Shown: in pieces, positions 44,120 to 52,923 of the stretch | Position numbering within the stretch: the stretch's first letter is position 1 | Layout: every line of letters begins with the position of its first letter | Virus record (IMG/VR): IMGVR_UViG_3300037248_000128 | Location: 1-59,642 of that record | Source: a virus | Lineage: Duplodnaviria > Caudoviricetes | Length of the DNA stretch: 59,642 nt | Reading direction: 5' to 3' (one strand) | Made by a program: the position numbers and the translations under genes | Notes under the pieces: generated by a model | Seen by the model: the letters and a program-made list of their open reading frames with translations, nothing else | What the model was told of the DNA's origin: nothing | The model's database searches: none

Positions 44120-46272
44120 CCGAAAATCTGGTCCAGCTTGGCGCTGATCTTCGTGGCGCCGCCGGCGTATAGACCGAAAATCCCCGTCTCGTTGGCGAAG
44201 ATGATGGAGCGGCCGAAGTCCTGCATCGAATCGCGCCACGAGTTGCCGGTCTGCGGGTCGATGTTCTGGTAGTTGAACGTCGTCGTCGGGGGATTTCCCG
44301 AGGTGGTGACGCTCGAGACGACCGAGGCCGAGCCATCGCCGAAGAAGTAGAGGTAGCCGTTCGACTGGCGAATCTGCGTGTAGTGCGTTTGCAAGAAGTT
44401 GTCGGAGTTGGTGAACAGCACCCCGCCATCCGAGGTCGCGTAGTCGGTGAAGCCGCCGGGAGCCGAGACCTGCCAATTGCCTCCGGCCGGCAGCGTCGCG
44501 TAGTTGGCCTGCTTCGGGTTGGCGATCCAGAGGCGAGAGGCGAAGGTCTCCATTGCCGAGCCTGAGACTCCGAACGGCATCAGTGTCACGGTCGCGTAGG
44601 CCGCATTGTTGGCGCCTGCGGAAATCTCGATAGCCGGCGCCGAGGTATAGCCCTCGCCGTAGCTCTCCATGATCGCGCCAGAGAGCGTGGTCGGCGTGTA
44701 GACCACCGTGGCCCCCGCTCCCGTTCCTGGGTCGCCGGAGACGGGCGCGATGAGCACTTGGCTGTTCTGCGTGAAGCCGGAGCCGGGGTTGGTCACGTTG
44801 ATCTGCACGACGCCGCCGCCCTGCAGGACAGGAACGGCCACGCACCCGCCGGAGCCGAAGACCACGATGGGCGGGACGACGTTGTTGTAGCCGGTGCCCC
44901 CGTTGGTGATCGTGACGCCTGTGACAGCGCCACCGGAGACCGTTGCGACGCCTGTGGCCCCCTTACCCCCGCCTCCGACGAAAGCCACCGTCGGAGCTGT
45001 CGTGTAGCCTGACCCGCCCTCGAAGATGATCACCGCGATGAGAGCGCTCGTGCTGTCGGAAGCCGTGGGGCTGGCGATGGCGCCCTGGCCGTTTCCGCCG
45101 CCGATGATGATGATCTGCGGAGGCTCGATATAGTTCTGGCCGGGCGCGGTCACGTTGATGTGGGCGACCGTCGTCGGGGTCAGGGTCGAGATCGCCGTCG
45201 CTCCGGCCCCCCCACCGCTCACGAAGGTCAGAAGCGGAGCCTCCGTGAAGTTCGAGCCCGGATTCACCACGGTCACATTCGCAACCGTTGTGGCGTTCAG
45301 GATCGCCTGCGCGAGCGCGCCTGAGCCGTCACCTGTAATCGTGACCGCCGGAGCCCCAGTGTACCCCGACCCCTCCACGGTCACGTTGATGGCGGTGATC
45401 ATGCCGCTGTTGATGACGGTGGCCGCCGCAGCTCCGGTTCCGCCTCCACCGGAGAAGGCCACGGTCGCGGTCGAATAGCCGGTCCCCTGCGCGATCACCT
45501 CGACCGCGGCCACTGCCGTCGCTGTCAGATTGGCCGTCAGGATCGCGCTCGTATCCGAGCCCCCGCCCGTGAAGGCGAGCTGCACGATGTCGCCGATCTT
45601 GTAGCCTTGGCCTGGATTGGTGATCTCGACGTTCACGATGCCGCCGTTGAGCACCGTTGGGCTGAGCACGAGTCCCGTGCCCCCGCCTCCGAACGGAACC
45701 ACCGTGGGCACGCCCTGGTAGTCAGATCCGACCGACTGAAGAACCACCCCGTTCGGAGCCGCGGAGCCTGACAGATAGAGCAGCGCCCCGTCCCACGCCC
45801 AGAAGTCGTTGGTCGTGTTGTTGTTTGAAATCAATAGGTACTGGACGCCCCATTGCGTGCAGTCGGGCACGTTTCCTGTCGCGGTTTGATAGAACGTCCC
45901 CGGCGGGCCGATGGTGACCGGGCTACCGATTGGAGCCAGCGTCGTCGGGTCGATCTGAACTTGGACCGCCGACCCGTCCGACAGGAACACCGCGACGTAG
46001 TAGTTCGAGGCGATCGTGTAGAAGTAGAAATAGACGATCGTCAGCCCGCCGGTGGCGGTATAGGCGGCCGTGCCGAGGTCCCACGCCGTCCGAAGATACC
46101 CCTTGCCGAGGTGCAGATAGTTCTCGCAGTACGCCAACTCGGTGTTGTCGATCGCGATGTTGGCGTCTTGGAGATTGATGCCCGCCCACGGGAACGGCGA
46201 GTAGGTCTTGAACCCCGGAGGAAGCCCAAGCTGGCGCTGCGCGGCGGTTGAGAGGTCGGCGCCCCGGGCCAT
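44116..46272 (-). CDS. Tail (nozzle/tubular B-like) protein with Gly/Thr-rich repeats
   Basis: 718 aa; multiple V..I.V...G.GYT..P.V...GGGG.GA repeats. Confidence 0.7.
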   Translation of the reverse strand: MARGADLSTAAQRQLGLPPGFKTYSPFPWAGINLQDANIAIDNTELAYCENYLHLGKGYLRTAWDLGTAAYTATGGLTIVYFYFYTIASNYYVAVFLSDGSAVQVQIDPTTLAPIGSPVTIGPPGTFYQTATGNVPDCTQWGVQYLLISNNNTTNDFWAWDGALLYLSGSAAPNGVVLQSVGSDYQGVPTVVPFGGGGTGLVLSPTVLNGGIVNVEITNPGQGYKIGDIVQLAFTGGGSDTSAILTANLTATAVAAVEVIAQGTGYSTATVAFSGGGGTGAAAATVINSGMITAINVTVEGSGYTGAPAVTITGDGSGALAQAILNATTVANVTVVNPGSNFTEAPLLTFVSGGGAGATAISTLTPTTVAHINVTAPGQNYIEPPQIIIIGGGNGQGAIASPTASDSTSALIAVIIFEGGSGYTTAPTVAFVGGGGKGATGVATVSGGAVTGVTITNGGTGYNNVVPPIVVFGSGGCVAVPVLQGGGVVQINVTNPGSGFTQNSQVLIAPVSGDPGTGAGATVVYTPTTLSGAIMESYGEGYTSAPAIEISAGANNAAYATVTLMPFGVSGSAMETFASRLWIANPKQANYATLPAGGNWQVSAPGGFTDYATSDGGVLFTNSDNFLQTHYTQIRQSNGYLYFFGDGSASVVSSVTTSGNPPTTTFNYQNIDPQTGNSWRDSMQDFGRSIIFANETGIFGLYAGGATKISAKLDQIFG

Positions 46273-46517
46273 TAGACCCTCGCCCGCTCAGCGTCCTCGG
46301 CCGCAAATCTCTGTTCGAGCTCGACCTTCCCGATGTGGTCCTCGACGGCTTTCTCTGCGGCCACTCCAAGCGCCTTCGTCTGCGCCGGGGTGCCGTAGTC
46401 GATCAGCGTGTCGAGGATCAGCCGAAGTTGCGCGGTGTCGACTTCGGTCCTGAGCCCCGAAAGGCTCATCCGCATCGCGCGCGCGAGGCTGATCGTGCTG
46501 GCGAGTTCGTCGATCAA
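46272..46517 (-). CDS. Hypothetical protein
   Basis: Coupled ORF. Confidence 0.55.
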   Translation of the reverse strand: MIDELASTISLARAMRMSLSGLRTEVDTAQLRLILDTLIDYGTPAQTKALGVAAEKAVEDHIGKVELEQRFAAEDAERARV

Positions 46518-46798
46518 GTCAGTCGTATCCAGCGTCCCATAGCGCCAGCGCCGTCCGGCGTGACCGTCGTCACGCCATTGTCGTCAGCAGCGGTTGAGGT
46601 CGGGTTCCAGTAGAAAAAGCCCTGCCCGCCATCGTTTGGCGTCGCCGTGCCGCTGATCTGCGCGACTTGGCCGTTCACGTTGGTTAGGAAGCCGCGCAGG
46701 CCAGGGACCGAACCCGCCCATTGGATGAACGTGTTGTACGCATCGGCCGAGACCGACCCCTGGCCTTGGATGAACTGCTGATTCTGTGGAGCGCCCAT
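46514..46798 (-). CDS. Tailspike N-terminal-like small protein
   Basis: DGGQGFFYWNPTSTAADDNG...GRWIRL. Confidence 0.65.
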   Translation of the reverse strand: MGAPQNQQFIQGQGSVSADAYNTFIQWAGSVPGLRGFLTNVNGQVAQISGTATPNDGGQGFFYWNPTSTAADDNGVTTVTPDGAGAMGRWIRLT

Positions 46799-46804
46799 GA
46801 TTCC

Positions 46805-47608
46805 CTACACGTTCTGATAGTAGTAGCTGCCCGGTTTCCCATGATCCCGAGCGACGCTCGACACGCCGATGCTGCTGTTGAACCGGTTCTCCATGATCTC
46901 GGCATCGGCAAAGCGGTTCTTACCAAGATAGGCAAGACTCGCAGCGTAGTATTTGATCGCGTTCTGAAAACCGGGCGGAATTGCGTCGTGGTCGGCGTCC
47001 GAATAGATGTCCTTCGGGACGCAGTAGGCCATCGCCTCCATGTCCCCTGTGGTCGAGGGAGCCGGGAACAGCCACGTCTCGCCGTTCTCGCCATCGTCCA
47101 AGACGCTCCAGAAGTACGGATAGGATTCAACCAGCGTCGCGTACGCCCGCGCGTAGGCTTGCAGCTCGTCCCACGGCATCCATGTGATCGAAGGCCGCAG
47201 CGCCCCGCCCCAGTTGATCGACAGGTTCGCCACGTCGATGATGCCCTTGATTCCCGCATACTGGGCCGCCGCGTAGGGGTTCCAGAAGCCCTGGAACGGG
47301 TAGCGCTCGACGCCGGGGATGGTCTGTAGGCTGTTCGTGGCCGCGTTGGCGACCAAGATGCCCGCGCCCGCGGGGAAAGCTCCCGGCAACGCCCCTGGCT
47401 GGGTAGCGCCCGGTATGGCCTGTCCGGGCTGCGCGCTCGCGCCGAACGCCGACTGGCCGCTGATGAGGCGCATGATGCAGCCGGACCGGAGAGCGCACTG
47501 GCGTCTCGCCTCGTTTATCCATCGCGTTAGCTGAGGCTGGCTAACGAATTGATAATTCAAATCATTCAGGAGCGCAGATGTATCTTGCTGGTAGGTGCTC
47601 CAACCCAT
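46805..47608 (-). CDS. Head-tail adaptor-like protein
   Basis: LTRWINEARRQ, LFPAPS, IP..FQNAIKYYAA.LAY. Confidence 0.65.
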   Translation of the reverse strand: MGWSTYQQDTSALLNDLNYQFVSQPQLTRWINEARRQCALRSGCIMRLISGQSAFGASAQPGQAIPGATQPGALPGAFPAGAGILVANAATNSLQTIPGVERYPFQGFWNPYAAAQYAGIKGIIDVANLSINWGGALRPSITWMPWDELQAYARAYATLVESYPYFWSVLDDGENGETWLFPAPSTTGDMEAMAYCVPKDIYSDADHDAIPPGFQNAIKYYAASLAYLGKNRFADAEIMENRFNSSIGVSSVARDHGKPGSYYYQNV

Positions 47609-47684
47609 CAGGGCTGCTCCAAAATGAAAGAGGCGACGGCCTGTTTTAGCCGCCGCCTCCAAGGCTTCGTCAAGTGTCTTGCGG

Positions 47685-48770
47685 CTACGTCGGCCAGATA
47701 AGCGACACGTCGGTTTGCCCGCCGAGCGCGGTGATCAGCGTGGCCGCCGAGGCGCTGCCGCCCTGGATGAAGCCGTAGGTGAACAGCGTCGGCGCGGCTG
47801 GATAGACGCCGCCGTCCTGAATGACGATGCCGGTCGATGTCAGGCCCGTGCCGGAGACGGCGCCGATGATGAAGGCGTTGCGCCCCCGCACCAGCTTCGA
47901 GGTGATCTGCGGGTTGGTCAGAACCGAACCGGCGACTCCGGTCGAGTAGCCGGAGATGATCACCGGGGCGGCGTAGCCGGAGCCAACCGTCGTCGAGGAG
48001 ACGGTGACCGCGGTGATCGACCAGCACATGATCGCCGTCGCGGCCGCGGAGCCGGACGAGAAGGTCAGGGTCGGAACCGCCGTCTGGCCGCCCGTCCCGT
48101 GGTCGAGGCAGAGCAGCGCTGTCACGGTGCCCGAACCAGTGAGCGTGGCGACCGCCGCCGCTCCCGAGCCGACGCCGACGCCATTGACGCCCTCGCGGGG
48201 GTCGTTGGTGAAGATCACCGTCGGCGGGGTGTTGTAGCCCGCGCCCTGGTCGTCGACCGTGATCGTGGAGACCGCGCCGGCCGACAGCGTGCAGTGGCCG
48301 CTGGCCGGAACACCGCCCACCGGCGGAGGCGAGAAGGTCACTTGCGGCGGATAGCTGTAGTTCGACCCGCCGTTGGAAACGGTGACAGAGGTGTTGATCG
48401 CCCCGCCGACAATCGCCTTCCAGACCGAGCCCCCGGCGCTCGCCGAGACGGTCGGAGGAGTCGCGGACGAGTAGCCGGTCCCTGCCGTGGTGACCACCGC
48501 GCCCACCGGGCAACCGGTCTGGTTGGCGAATCGGTAGTTCTCGCCATCGGACACGATCCGAAGGTTCGTGCCGTCGGTCGTGCCGGCGCCGATCGAGCGC
48601 CAGATCGTCGTGATCGGGTCGTACTCTTGGATCGTGGTGTAGATCCCCGGCTTGCACTCCCAACGACCGCTGGGAATGATCGCGACCTCGCCCGACTGCA
48701 GGCTGATCGTGGTCGAGTTGAGGGCGCCTAGACTTGGGACAACCCCGGGTCCTCCGATATTTACGGGCAC
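47685..48770 (-). CDS. Virion structural protein
   Basis: 361 aa, strong codon bias, G/T/S-rich repeats. Confidence 0.7.
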   Translation of the reverse strand: MPVNIGGPGVVPSLGALNSTTISLQSGEVAIIPSGRWECKPGIYTTIQEYDPITTIWRSIGAGTTDGTNLRIVSDGENYRFANQTGCPVGAVVTTAGTGYSSATPPTVSASAGGSVWKAIVGGAINTSVTVSNGGSNYSYPPQVTFSPPPVGGVPASGHCTLSAGAVSTITVDDQGAGYNTPPTVIFTNDPREGVNGVGVGSGAAAVATLTGSGTVTALLCLDHGTGGQTAVPTLTFSSGSAAATAIMCWSITAVTVSSTTVGSGYAAPVIISGYSTGVAGSVLTNPQITSKLVRGRNAFIIGAVSGTGLTSTGIVIQDGGVYPAAPTLFTYGFIQGGSASAATLITALGGQTDVSLIWPT

Positions 48771-48771
48771 G

Positions 48772-49476
48772 TTAGTTGCTCCTTATGTAGCAGTCGCCCT
48801 CAGCGACTGTATGCAGGGGGACGCTCTCGAAGTATTCGGTTGCTTCCTGGCTTTCGAGCGCGAGCAACCGATGGCCTTCTTCGGCGACGAGTTCGGGGTA
48901 GTCCTTAAGCAGGGCGATGGCTGCTCTAACCCGGTCAACTGCGCGCTGACCCGGCGGCTGGCGTTTCACCCAAAGCTCTAGATTGCTGGGTTCGTTGTTC
49001 AGCCTGTCACCGTCCTTGTGGTGGACATTCTCGTTGGGACGGAGAGCGCGGCCAATCATCAACTCCATGACGAGGCGGTGCTCCGCAACGGATTTTCCAC
49101 CGTACTGGATGTAGCGATAACCGCTGTGGTGAATCGCGCCCTTGCCCATCTTGGTTTCGGCGCCACCGACGTGGCCGGTGTCCATCATTCGATCGTAGTG
49201 CATCCCGCACAGTCCCCGCGCGCTTATCGCGCGCGAGCACCCAGGGACACTGCAAAGGCCGACCCGCGGCTGCTTCATGCTCACGAGAGAGATCGCGGTG
49301 CCGTACTTTCTGATTCGCTGGTCGTGCATGGAGCAATAGTGTTCGCGGTGCTGCGGCTTGCGATCACATCCGTCCACCAAGCACCGCCCCCTGTGTTCCA
49401 AGCAAAAGCGCTCGTTCGGGGATTTAACCTCGAACGGTGTGTTGCAAAAACGGCAGAGGCGCGGTGCTACGGTCAT
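48772..49476 (-). CDS. HNH homing endonuclease with Zn-finger repeats
   Basis: AEHRLVME..IGR.L..NENVHHKDGDRLNN...NLELW. Confidence 0.9.
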   Translation of the reverse strand: MTVAPRLCRFCNTPFEVKSPNERFCLEHRGRCLVDGCDRKPQHREHYCSMHDQRIRKYGTAISLVSMKQPRVGLCSVPGCSRAISARGLCGMHYDRMMDTGHVGGAETKMGKGAIHHSGYRYIQYGGKSVAEHRLVMELMIGRALRPNENVHHKDGDRLNNEPSNLELWVKRQPPGQRAVDRVRAAIALLKDYPELVAEEGHRLLALESQEATEYFESVPLHTVAEGDCYIRSN

Positions 49477-49488
49477 GTTTTCCTTATA

Positions 49489-50559
49489 CTATACGACGGC
49501 GGGTTGAGTCCCGGGCAGAGAGGGCCAGGCCGCGCCAGTGATGCCAGTGACTTGCGCACCGCTCGACGGCTTCGAGCACACGAGGTCGGCGGCGCTGATC
49601 AGAACGCCGATGTCCGCGATCTGCCCGACCGGGATCTGGCTCTCGAAGCCAGAGAAGGTCAGCGGCGCGAACTCGCTCATGAACAGGCCCATGTAGCGCG
49701 AGTTGATGAAGAACGCCGACCCCAGCGGACAGAACGGGTCGGGGAAGATCGGCGTGTCCAGCACCATGATGCCGCGGAAGCCCGCGTTCACCACGTCGTC
49801 GGCGCCGTAAATCGACCGCGGCCGCGTCGTGAACATCTCGAGGTTCATGAAGTCGCCCATGAGCGCCGCCCAGTTGGCCGGGTTCATGGTGACGAAATCG
49901 ACCGCCTCGCCGCCCGCACCGTTCTGGATGCGGGTCAAGAGCTGCGCCATCCCGACCCGCGTGGTCGGAACCGCGCCCGCCGAGGTGATCAGTTGGCCGT
50001 TGAAGAAGTTGTTCCCCGCCCGCGTGATCCCGCCGTACGCCGGAACGTTCGTCCCGTCGTCGTACGCCTGCGTCAGCGAGTCCCACGCCTGCGCATTCGC
50101 GTAGTTGTTCGAGTAGATCGTCTGCGCGAACGCCTGCTTGATCACCACCGCCGCGTCGCTCATCACCGCGCGCAGCTTCGGAATCACCACCTCGCTCGAC
50201 TGCAGAATCGCTTCCATCCCGAAGAAGCCGATCGGCACCATGCCCAGCTTCAGATTGAACTGCGCGTCCTGAATGGCCGCCGCATCCGTCGGGATCGGGA
50301 AGTCGCCAGCGAACGAGCCCCACGAGAAGGACACGAACGAGCTGCCCTGGATCGGGATCGTGATCTGCGAGACGCCGCCGCGGGCTGCTTTGGCATTGGC
50401 CAGAAGCAGGCTCAATAAGGGGTGTGACTGGTATATCTGGACGTAAACACTCGGTAAAAACGCCCTCCTGGTTATGGCGGCTAATTGCGACCCAAGAGCA
50501 CCCCCAGGCACCAGTCCAGAGCCAGTGATCGGGCCTACAGGCGTGTTAGGATAAGCCAT
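49489..50559 (-). CDS. Major capsid protein
   Basis: 356 aa, strongest codon bias, downstream of the scaffold-like gene; YGGITR, IFPDPFCP, FFINSRY. Confidence 0.8.
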   Translation of the reverse strand: MAYPNTPVGPITGSGLVPGGALGSQLAAITRRAFLPSVYVQIYQSHPLLSLLLANAKAARGGVSQITIPIQGSSFVSFSWGSFAGDFPIPTDAAAIQDAQFNLKLGMVPIGFFGMEAILQSSEVVIPKLRAVMSDAAVVIKQAFAQTIYSNNYANAQAWDSLTQAYDDGTNVPAYGGITRAGNNFFNGQLITSAGAVPTTRVGMAQLLTRIQNGAGGEAVDFVTMNPANWAALMGDFMNLEMFTTRPRSIYGADDVVNAGFRGIMVLDTPIFPDPFCPLGSAFFINSRYMGLFMSEFAPLTFSGFESQIPVGQIADIGVLISAADLVCSKPSSGAQVTGITGAAWPSLPGTQPAVV

Positions 50560-50646
50560 TCGTCAGGCCCCCATTGCGAAAGTCGTTGCGGAGCGCAGTG
50601 GTGTGTGGCACTGTCTAATCGTCACAACCAAACGGAGCCACACACC

Positions 50647-51435
50647 ATGCGTTTCACGCCAATCGACGTGCCGTGCCAGCATTGCGGCACCAACATGCAC
50701 ATCACGCACAAGCGCGATGCTACGAAGAAGTTCTGCAGCCCGACCTGCTACCACGCCTACGAGGCGGAGCACGGCGGCCACGGCGTTGTGGAGGCGGTCA
50801 CCTTCCACTGCAAGCGCTGCGGAAAGCCCTTTACCCGAAAGCCGGGCTCCCTGCGACAGTACCGAAAGACGTTCGGTCGCGACCCGCTTTACTGCTCCCG
50901 CGCGTGCGGCTGGATCGGCAAGCGGAAGACTGAGGGTAGGCCGTGTATCGTCTGCGGCAAACCTGTACCGACCGTTTGGGTTGCCCGCAGCGGGCGCACC
51001 CCGCGCACCGAAGGTCGCCGCAACACCATCTGCAGTCCTGAGTGCCGATCGGCCTTCAAGGTCGCCGAACTGGCGCGCCTCAAGCCCATTGACAGTCGGC
51101 AGATCACCAAGCGTGTCGAACGACGCACTGGCTACATTCGTCTGCACATTCCGCGGACGCCAGATCGGAAGGGGTACGACATCCTCGAGCATCGCTACGT
51201 CATGGAGCAGATGCTCGGCCGACCGCTCACGAGCGAGGAAACGGTGCACCACGTCAACGGGCAAAGGACCGATAATAGGCCGACCAATCTCAGCCTCCGT
51301 TCGGGACGACACGGCCCCGGCGGCGACGTTCCCGGCATGATCCGCTGGGCGCACGAGTTCATCGCGCGCTACCCTCAGTTCGACGCCGAGGGCAACTTCC
51401 ATCCGGTCAATGCTGGCGAGGTGGTTGATCACTAG
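50647..51435 (+). CDS. HNH homing endonuclease (antisense to head operon)
   Basis: CxxC/CSxxC repeats; LEHRYVMEQMLGRPL...ETVHHVNGQRTDNR..NL. Confidence 0.9.
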   Translation: MRFTPIDVPCQHCGTNMHITHKRDATKKFCSPTCYHAYEAEHGGHGVVEAVTFHCKRCGKPFTRKPGSLRQYRKTFGRDPLYCSRACGWIGKRKTEGRPCIVCGKPVPTVWVARSGRTPRTEGRRNTICSPECRSAFKVAELARLKPIDSRQITKRVERRTGYIRLHIPRTPDRKGYDILEHRYVMEQMLGRPLTSEETVHHVNGQRTDNRPTNLSLRSGRHGPGGDVPGMIRWAHEFIARYPQFDAEGNFHPVNAGEVVDH

Positions 51436-52049
51436 CGATCGGGGTCGAACCCGGCCTCCTGAATGTACTGCCGCGGATTGTCCATGAACGCTGTGAACTC
51501 GGCGTCCAAGAATGAACCGGCAGGGTCGCGCCACAGGGTCGCGTACTGCTCGTCCTTGTTCTTCGAACCGAAGAGGTCGAGCGACTGCGGCCCGAGATAG
51601 GGTCCGGGCTGCACGGGCTTCGGCATTTGGCCGGCGACCCAGGCGGCGGCGCCCTCGAAGTCGGTGTAGTTCTGCGTCTCCTTCATGTGTTCGATCATCT
51701 TGTCGAACCCTTCGGGAGTAAGGGCGTAGGCGTTACGTGCGGCGGCGGCGCGTTCCTCGAAGTTGCGCGCGGCGGCGGCCTCGGCGGCCTCGGCCTCCTT
51801 CTTCGTCCGCTCCTCGCGTTCGGCGGCGAGCGTCGAGGTCAGTTCCTCGATCTGCGCCTTCAGTGGCGCGATGACCGGCGCGAACTGCTCGTCGGGCAGC
51901 GTGATGTCCGGGTAGACCTCTTTGGCCTTCGCGCGGACGGCGGCGCCGAGCTTGTCGTCGTTCCAGAGCTTCTGGAACAGCTCGCGGGTGCGCTGCTCGC
52001 TTTGGCTAGGAGCGGGCGCGGCGGGAGGTGTGTTGGGCGCTTCGGGCAT
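51432..52049 (-). CDS. Scaffold-like protein
   Basis: Coiled-coil, upstream of the capsid gene. Confidence 0.6.
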   Translation of the reverse strand: MPEAPNTPPAAPAPSQSEQRTRELFQKLWNDDKLGAAVRAKAKEVYPDITLPDEQFAPVIAPLKAQIEELTSTLAAEREERTKKEAEAAEAAAARNFEERAAAARNAYALTPEGFDKMIEHMKETQNYTDFEGAAAWVAGQMPKPVQPGPYLGPQSLDLFGSKNKDEQYATLWRDPAGSFLDAEFTAFMDNPRQYIQEAGFDPDR

Positions 52050-52258
52050 CAGGAGTGATTCACGCCCTTAGCGGCGGAGCCGCCGGCGTTTCCGCCCACG
52101 TGGGACAGGCTCTTGATATTGTTGGCCCCGCCCTTGGGCATGGCCGACTTGCGCGCGCCGATCGATAGGTTATCGAAAGGCACGTATTCCATCATCGATT
52201 CAGTTCCCTCCTTGCCAACCGTGTTCTGGTAAGCGCGGGGGAAGTTGCCTTCGGCCAT
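52049..52258 (-). CDS. Hypothetical head-module protein
   Basis: AGGAG RBS. Confidence 0.65.
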   Translation of the reverse strand: MAEGNFPRAYQNTVGKEGTESMMEYVPFDNLSIGARKSAMPKGGANNIKSLSHVGGNAGGSAAKGVNHS

Positions 52259-52268
52259 CTGACTCTCC

Positions 52269-52682
52269 TTACGCCGCCATGCCGCCGCCCGCTTGAGCGG
52301 GTGCCGGTGCTGGCGCGTTCTGGTTGGCGGGGAACGCCCGCATCATTGCTTGCTGCTGCGGCTGTTGCTGCGCGGATCGCGCCATCGCAACGAGCTGCTG
52401 CATCTTGGCGGACTGGTCCTGGGCCGCGCCAGCTTCGGCGACGGCCTTGGACAAGTCCTGCACGGCCTTGAGAACCTTCGTGTGGAGTTCGGAGCCCATC
52501 GGCAGGCCCGGAAGGGCTTTCTGCATCGCTTCGAGGCCGACCTGCAGCGCCGTCATGGCCATCTGCTGGCCGCCCATTTGCGGCGCCGGAGCCGCAGCCG
52601 CGCCTGTCCCACCCGGAAAGCCGGGCGGTGGTCCGCCGGCCCCTTGAGGCGGTGTCATCATTGGCGCGCCCGGCATGGGCAT
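52269..52682 (-). CDS. Pro/Gln-rich head-module protein
   Basis: ALPGLPMGSELHTKVLKAV. Confidence 0.65.
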   Translation of the reverse strand: MPMPGAPMMTPPQGAGGPPPGFPGGTGAAAAPAPQMGGQQMAMTALQVGLEAMQKALPGLPMGSELHTKVLKAVQDLSKAVAEAGAAQDQSAKMQQLVAMARSAQQQPQQQAMMRAFPANQNAPAPAPAQAGGGMAA

Positions 52683-52743
52683 TCAGTCTTCTCCGGTCAT
52701 CGGCGGCCGGGCGAGAGGTGGACCCGCGCCCGGCCGTGCCCGA

Positions 52744-52785
52744 CTACTTGCGGCCCTTGCGGCCCTTGTGCCGACGATGAGTCAT
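52744..52785 (-). CDS. 13-aa basic peptide MTHRRHKGRKGRK
   Basis: AAGGGAG RBS, ATG..TAG, first ORF of the head operon. Confidence 0.5.
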   Translation of the reverse strand: MTHRRHKGRKGRK

Positions 52786-52923
52786 CGGGGGGTCTCCCTT
52801 GCGGTTGATGGGACGACCTGGGGACCATTACCAACCCAAGCCGTTGCAGTCCGCGAAACTAGGGTTCACAAACTCGCTGTGTCAATATAGCCCCATCGCT
52901 CCATTATTGGGCCGAAAACGATC

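Noticed and set aside
49018-50418. 466-aa plus-strand ORF and similar long antisense ORFs (22063..23373, 33784..35040, 38169..39242)
   Set aside because: Antisense shadows of codon-biased genes in high-GC DNA
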